From: Acidimicrobiales bacterium
Lineage (GTDB): Bacteria > Actinomycetota > Acidimicrobiia > Acidimicrobiales > Aldehydirespiratoraceae
DNA: 64,000 bases
Reading direction: 5' to 3'
Assembly (NCBI GenBank): GCA_033344915.1
Contig: JAWPML010000001.1
Coordinates: 408,369-472,368, forward strand
The position numbers and the translations under genes were made by a program. The notes beneath the pieces were generated by a model. It had not been told where the DNA came from. It was given only the letters and a program-made list of their open reading frames with translations, and did not search any database. This document shows, one piece after another, positions 59,600 through 64,000 of the stretch (position 1 is the stretch's first letter; each line of letters starts with the position of its first letter).

Positions 59600-60924
59600 C
59601 GACCCGCTCGTCCCGATCGCCGGGGCGGGCGGGGGAGTCGGCTACGGCGGGCGTTGGTCGGCGCCATCCGATTGCGATCCGGGATGTGGTGGCGGTGTTC
59701 GGTCCAGCGCCTGCCGTCCCAGTAGCGCAGGGCCCCGTCGTCGCTCTCGGGGTCGTGGTACCAGCCGGCCGGTGCGTGGTCCGGGTCGTCGTCCTCCTCC
59801 GCGACCTCACCCATTCCCGGGAAGACGGCGGCGAGATCGACTGTGGCCAGCGCCGAGTCCGCACTCCCGGCGAGCGATGCGCTCACCCCGCGGGGTACGC
59901 CGCTGACGGCCCGATCGTCCTGCATCGTGCGCAACGACTCCGCCACGACGGGGTCGGGGCCCTCGTACGGCGGCAGGCCCTCCATCTGGCGCAGGATGTC
60001 GATGCGCTCGCTGAGCGGCGGGTGAGTGCTGAACATCTCGTTGAACTTGCGGCCGCGGGCACCGGTCTCCTGGTCGTCGGGCGACTCGATCCACAGATGC
60101 GAGGTGGCATGCGAGGTGCGTCGCACGACCGTGATGTCCGCATCGAGCTTCTCCAGGGCCTGGCGCAGTCCGCCCGGGTAGCGGGTGATCTCGACGGCGG
60201 TGGCGTCCGCCAGCGACTCGCGCGAACGGCTGACCGCAGCCCGGAGGAGGGCGGCGGCGAGCGGCGCCAGCACGGCCACCACGATCATGCCGATGAAAAT
60301 GATCGGGTTGGGACCGTTGTTCCCGTCGTTGCTGCGGCGCCGGTGCGAGGCGCCGCCGCCGGTCAGCGCGCCCCAGTAGAGCATCCGCCAGAAGATGTCG
60401 GCGATCAGGGCGATCGCTCCCGCGGTGGCGACGGCGACCGTCATCACCAGGATGTCGCCGTTGCGGATGTGGGCGATCTCGTGGGCGATCACGCCCTCGA
60501 GCTCCGCGCGGTTCATCTTGTCCATCAGTCCGGTGGTGACGGCGACCGCCGCGGTCTCGGGCTTGCGCCCCGTGGCGAAGGCGTTGGGGGACGGGTCGTG
60601 CACGACGAACACGCGGGGCTGCGGGACGCCGGCGGCGAGCGAGACCTCGGCGACCAGATTGTGGAGTCGGGAGTATTCGGAGGGGTCGGCCTCCACCGCG
60701 CGGGTGGCCCGCAACGCGATGGTGTCGCTCTGGAAATAGCTGGCGAAGGTGAGGCCGAACGACGCGCCGACACCGATGATCACGCCCACGATGCCACCGC
60801 CGAGCGAGAGCGAGATCACCGCGCCGACCACGCCGAGCAGCACGAAGAAGGCGAACAGGAGCACCCAGGTGCGGCGCCGGTTGCGCGCGATCAGGTCGTA
60901 GAAGTCGGGGCGGTCGCCGGCCAT
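59596..60924 (-). CDS. htpX: M48 family zinc metalloprotease HtpX with C-terminal DUF2510-like extension
   Basis: HEIAHIRNGD (HExxH), two TM pairs, C-terminal GWYHDPESDDGALRYWDGRRWTEH. Confidence 0.88.
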   Translation of the reverse strand: MAGDRPDFYDLIARNRRRTWVLLFAFFVLLGVVGAVISLSLGGGIVGVIIGVGASFGLTFASYFQSDTIALRATRAVEADPSEYSRLHNLVAEVSLAAGVPQPRVFVVHDPSPNAFATGRKPETAAVAVTTGLMDKMNRAELEGVIAHEIAHIRNGDILVMTVAVATAGAIALIADIFWRMLYWGALTGGGASHRRRSNDGNNGPNPIIFIGMIVVAVLAPLAAALLRAAVSRSRESLADATAVEITRYPGGLRQALEKLDADITVVRRTSHATSHLWIESPDDQETGARGRKFNEMFSTHPPLSERIDILRQMEGLPPYEGPDPVVAESLRTMQDDRAVSGVPRGVSASLAGSADSALATVDLAAVFPGMGEVAEEDDDPDHAPAGWYHDPESDDGALRYWDGRRWTEHRHHIPDRNRMAPTNARRSRLPRPPRRSGRAGR

Positions 60925-61001
60925 GGCGCAACCGTACCGGTGGCGAAGGCCCGGCCAGCGCCGGTCCGTCGCGAAGCATTGCGATCGCGTTACGTTCAGG
61001 G

Positions 61002-61553
61002 GTGATGGACGTCCTCGTCGCCCTCCACAGCGCTGCCGCGCTCCTGCTGCTGGTCGCGGGGGTGGCCAAGATCGTGCGGCCCGCGCCGACCGGTGACCTT
61101 CTCGCCACCCTGGGTCTGCCCGGCTCCGACGCCGTCGCGGTCGGCGTCGGTGGGGTGGAGACGGTCGTCGGCGTCGTCGCCCTCGCCGTCGGTGGACCAC
61201 TCACAGCCGCCCTCGTCGGCGCGTTCTACGTCGCGTTCGCCGGGATCGTCGTGCGGGCGATGCGGGCCGGCGCCGCGTCCTGCGGTTGCTTCGGTCGCGT
61301 CGACGCGCCGCCGTCGTGGATCCACGTGATCGGCAATGCCGCCCTCGCCGCGGTCTCGTTCGCCGCCATCGCCGGCGACGCGCCGGTCGAGGTCATGGAG
61401 GACCAACCGGCCGGCGGCGTGGGATTCGTCCTGGTCGTCGGTGTGCTCGCCGGCCTCGCCCTCGTCGCGTTCACCGCCCTCCCCGAGGCGATGGGTGCTC
61501 GGCGGCCCGGTCCGGCCCGTCCGGAGTTCCGCATCGACGGCGACGCGTCATGA
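61002..61553 (+). CDS. MauE/DoxX-like redox-associated membrane protein
   Basis: Four-five TM helices and the CGCFG motif (AASCGCFGRVD). ATGA overlap with the next gene. Confidence 0.7.
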   Translation: MMDVLVALHSAAALLLLVAGVAKIVRPAPTGDLLATLGLPGSDAVAVGVGGVETVVGVVALAVGGPLTAALVGAFYVAFAGIVVRAMRAGAASCGCFGRVDAPPSWIHVIGNAALAAVSFAAIAGDAPVEVMEDQPAGGVGFVLVVGVLAGLALVAFTALPEAMGARRPGPARPEFRIDGDAS

Positions 61554-62713
61554 GCCGCCGTCTGGTCGGTGCCCTCAGCCGCGTCGTCGACGGCCGCTCG
61601 TCGCGACGGGGCTTTCTCTCGAAGTCCGCCCTGGGCGCGACGGCCATGGCGGTGGCGCCGTCCGCCTACGTGTTGCGGCCCACCACGGCGCACGCCGCGA
61701 TCTGCTCGTGCGCGGGCAGCGACTGTGACTGCGGGAGTCGGTGCTGCGATGGCTACACCGACTTCTGCTGCCAGGTCACGGGGGAGAACCTCTGCCCGCC
61801 CGGCACCATCGTCGCCGGCTGGTGGAAGGCCGACGGCAGCGGGTTCTGCGACGTCGACGGCGATCCGCGGCCCCGCTACTACCTGGACTGCAACCTGCCC
61901 TGCGACGACGGCTGTGGATGCTCCGGCTCCGGCGTCTGCGCGTCGGCGTGCACCTCCGCCGACTGCCGTTGCCTCGAGGGCTGCGGCTCCCGGGCCGTCG
62001 AGTGCACCCGATTCCGCTACGGCCAGTGCAACCAGGACGTGGAGTGCGTCGGGCCGATCGCGTGCCGGATCGTCACCTGTGTCGTGCCGTGGCAGTGGGA
62101 TCCGTCCTGTGACGACACGCCGGCCACCGACAACCAGACCGCGTTCCACGACCGTGCCTGTCTGCACGAGGGCTTCACCGACGTCGCGCCGAACAGCTGG
62201 TACACCGAGGCCGTCGGCTGGGCGTCCGAGAACGAGATCACCACCGGCTACAACAACGACATCTTCGGGCCCAACGAGCCGGCGCTGCGGTCCCACCTCG
62301 CCACGTTCCTGTGGCGCTACCAGGGGAACCCGCAGGCGACGTCCGCGCCCTCGTTCGTGGATGTGCCCGCGGACAGCTGGTATGCCGACGCTGTCGCGTG
62401 GATGGCCGAGGAGGAGATCACCACCGGCACCGCGCCGGGCCGCTTCTCGCCGGATCAGGTCGTCACCCGGGCCGAGGCGGTCACGTTCCTGTGGCGCCTC
62501 GCCGGTCGTCCCCATTCGTCGGTCGAGCTCCCGTTCGTCGACGTGCCCGCCAACAGTTTCTACCGGCGGCCGGTGCAGTGGGCGTTCGAGCACGGGCTCA
62601 CCGAGGGCATCAACGGCTGGCTGTTCGGCGGTCTGCTCGATGTCGACCGGGCCCAGGCCGTCACCTTCCTGTACCGCTACGACCAGGCGTTCGGCGTGGT
62701 GGTGCCGACATGA
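61550..62713 (+). CDS. Tat-exported Cys-rich methylamine-dehydrogenase-light-chain-like domain fused to three SLH repeats
   Basis: Twin-arginine signal SRRGFLSKSALGATAMAVAP. By my count, 26 Cys in about 160 aa. The stretch ...CCQVTGENLCPPGTIVAGWW...YYLDC resembles MauA ...CDCSGGSLTNCPPGTKLATASW...YRDCC. Three SLH repeats follow (F.DVP..SWY..AV.W). Confidence 0.7.
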   Translation: MSRRLVGALSRVVDGRSSRRGFLSKSALGATAMAVAPSAYVLRPTTAHAAICSCAGSDCDCGSRCCDGYTDFCCQVTGENLCPPGTIVAGWWKADGSGFCDVDGDPRPRYYLDCNLPCDDGCGCSGSGVCASACTSADCRCLEGCGSRAVECTRFRYGQCNQDVECVGPIACRIVTCVVPWQWDPSCDDTPATDNQTAFHDRACLHEGFTDVAPNSWYTEAVGWASENEITTGYNNDIFGPNEPALRSHLATFLWRYQGNPQATSAPSFVDVPADSWYADAVAWMAEEEITTGTAPGRFSPDQVVTRAEAVTFLWRLAGRPHSSVELPFVDVPANSFYRRPVQWAFEHGLTEGINGWLFGGLLDVDRAQAVTFLYRYDQAFGVVVPT

Positions 62714-63405
62714 TCGTGCTCGTCATCGTGCAGACGATCGCGATCGCCGTGCTGGCCGTGATCGTCTTCGGCCTGCTTCGCACCCACGCCGACATCCTCC
62801 GGGCGCTCGATCGTGCCGGCGTCCCGCTCGAGGACGGCCCGGCGGCGGGCGGCGTCGGCCCGGTCCCGGTCGCGGACCCGCGGGCGAAGCCGACCGTGAG
62901 CGACGTGGTCGGGACGGTCCCCGGCGGCGGACCCGTCTCCGTCTCGGTCGGCGGCGAGGGTCACACGCTGCTCGCCTTTCTGTCGTCCGGCTGCCGGACC
63001 TGTCAGACCTTCTGGTCCGAGTTCACCGCGCCGACGCTGGAGTTGCCGGGCACCGACACCCGGCTCGTGATCGTCGCGCAGGACCCCGCCCACGACAGCG
63101 AGTCGAAGCTCGCCGAACTCGCGCCGGCCGGGGTGCGGACCGTTTGCTCCTCCGCGGCGTGGCACGCCTACGAGGTGCCCGGCTCGCCGTACTTCGTGCT
63201 GGTCGACGGCGACGAGGGCCGCATCGTCGGATCCGGCACGGCGACCGGCTGGCCCCAGGTCCACGCCCTTCTCGAGCAGGCCCTGGGTGACGAGGCCCTC
63301 GACGGATCCGCTGACGCCGCGCTCACGGCATCCGGCATCGGCCCGGGGCACCCGTCGCTGTATCCGGACGAGTCCGGCCCCGCGCTCCCCGAGGACGTCG
63401 ACTGA
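62710..63405 (+). CDS. membrane-anchored thioredoxin-fold thiol:disulfide oxidoreductase (TlpA/ResA/MauD-like)
   Basis: N-terminal TM helix, then the CxxC motif LLAFLSSGCRTCQTFW. ATGA overlap with the upstream gene. Confidence 0.75.
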   Translation: MIVLVIVQTIAIAVLAVIVFGLLRTHADILRALDRAGVPLEDGPAAGGVGPVPVADPRAKPTVSDVVGTVPGGGPVSVSVGGEGHTLLAFLSSGCRTCQTFWSEFTAPTLELPGTDTRLVIVAQDPAHDSESKLAELAPAGVRTVCSSAAWHAYEVPGSPYFVLVDGDEGRIVGSGTATGWPQVHALLEQALGDEALDGSADAALTASGIGPGHPSLYPDESGPALPEDVD

Positions 63406-63470
63406 TGGTTGCCGTGCTCGTGGTCATGGTGGCGGTCACGGCCGCTGTTCGGGCGGCCTGGTCGCCTTGA
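63405..63470 (+). CDS. 21-codon hydrophobic ORF (MVAVLVVMVAVTAAVRAAWSP) ending in TGA, in frame with the next gene
   Basis: Own translation. TGATG overlap with the thioredoxin stop. High GC3. See the finding on the in-frame TGA. Confidence 0.35.
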   Translation: MVAVLVVMVAVTAAVRAAWSP

Positions 63471-63479
63471 GGCACGTCG

Positions 63480-64000
63480 ATGCTGACCAGCATCACTCCG
63501 CTCGGTGAGCGGGGACGGGGAAATCGATGGCGGATCACCGCCGCGTGGTTGGTCGCCGGCCATCTCGTGGGCGGTGCGGCGCTCGGCGGTGTGCTCGCCG
63601 GCCTCGGCGCGCTGGCTGCGCTCGCCGCGCCGGATCTGTTCTCCGGCGGTGGCGACGACACGACCGTCGTCGCGGTCGTCGCCGCGGTCGCCGGTCTGGG
63701 CGTCGCCTTCGACCTGGCCGGAGGGCGCATCCCGGGGCGGCGCCAGGTCGACGAGCGCTGGCTGAACACCTACCGCGGTTGGGTCTACGGCTTCGGCTTC
63801 GGCGTCCAGCTCGGGGTCGGCATGGTCACGGTCGTCAACACGGCCCTGTTCGCGGCCGTGCTCGTCGCCGGCCTGTTGCTGTCGCCGCCAGCGGCCTTCG
63901 GGCTGAGCGTGCTCTACGCCGGCACGCGGGGGATCGCCGCGGTCGCCAGCGGGCGGGTCCGTTCGGTGGCCGACCTCCATCGCCTCCATCAGGCCCTGGA
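63480..64000 (+). CDS. polytopic membrane protein of unknown function (3' end outside window)
   Basis: Own translation: MLTSITPLGERGRGNRWRITAAWLVAGHLVGGAALGG...RQVDERWLNTYRGWVYGFGFGVQLGVGMVT... Strong GC3, open to the window end, not in the ORF track. Confidence 0.65.
   Translation, partial: MLTSITPLGERGRGNRWRITAAWLVAGHLVGGAALGGVLAGLGALAALAAPDLFSGGGDDTTVVAVVAAVAGLGVAFDLAGGRIPGRRQVDERWLNTYRGWVYGFGFGVQLGVGMVTVVNTALFAAVLVAGLLLSPPAAFGLSVLYAGTRGIAAVASGRVRSVADLHRLHQAL

Noticed and set aside
63480-64000. Interpreting the last membrane protein as CcdA/DsbD-type electron transporter partnering the thioredoxin
   Set aside because: The visible 173 residues contain no cysteine, whereas CcdA/DsbD require paired TM cysteines in P-C motifs. 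Only the hypothetical recoded TGA upstream would supply one.

Overview
This is a high-G+C bacterial chromosomal segment (roughly 70% by eye, not computed). Gene content and order look like Actinomycetota: cysteine desulfurase-mnmA, ligA, gatCAB, ilvBNC, a PASTA Ser/Thr kinase, F420 CofC, a PIG-L deacetylase and an ECF sigma/anti-sigma pair. I call about 75 densely packed protein-coding genes, many joined by ATGA/GTGA/TGATG start-stop overlaps. I saw no rRNA, tRNA, CRISPR array, transposase or integrase. Most long ORFs in the six-frame track are Arg/Pro/Gly-rich antisense or off-frame artefacts of the high G+C and were not called. All product calls rest on motifs I recognise by eye, with no database search, and start codons are the least certain part.

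Main observations:
- **Mau-like redox cassette (61.0-64.0 kb, cut by the window edge).** A MauE-like membrane protein is followed by a Tat-signal, extremely Cys-rich domain that resembles the methylamine dehydrogenase light chain and is fused to three SLH cell-wall-anchor repeats. Next come a membrane-anchored CxxC thioredoxin, then a 21-codon ORF separated by one in-frame TGA from a further membrane protein. No heavy-chain or MauG gene is visible.
- **Palindromic intergenic repeats.** These sit at convergent gene ends (16.97, 28.64, 35.35, 45.9 and 47.5 kb), share GGGGTCAGA-type or AGAGATTGCTCG cores, and include nested hairpins with compensatory changes. One pair brackets an accessory cell-envelope module (MATE, two acyltransferase-3/SGNH paralogues, an O-methyltransferase) lying between gatB and ilvB. 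Another is a 32-bp inverted repeat bracketing an aldehyde dehydrogenase gene.
- **ilvB attenuator.** A Val/Leu/Ile-rich leader peptide and an intrinsic terminator lie upstream of ilvB.
- **Low-GC islet (about 55.1-56.3 kb).** It carries a decayed RidA gene.
- **Smaller items.** A 27-bp-periodic Ser/Gly repeat ORF, an OtsB-GH15 fusion, and several small ORFs below the ORF-track size cutoff.
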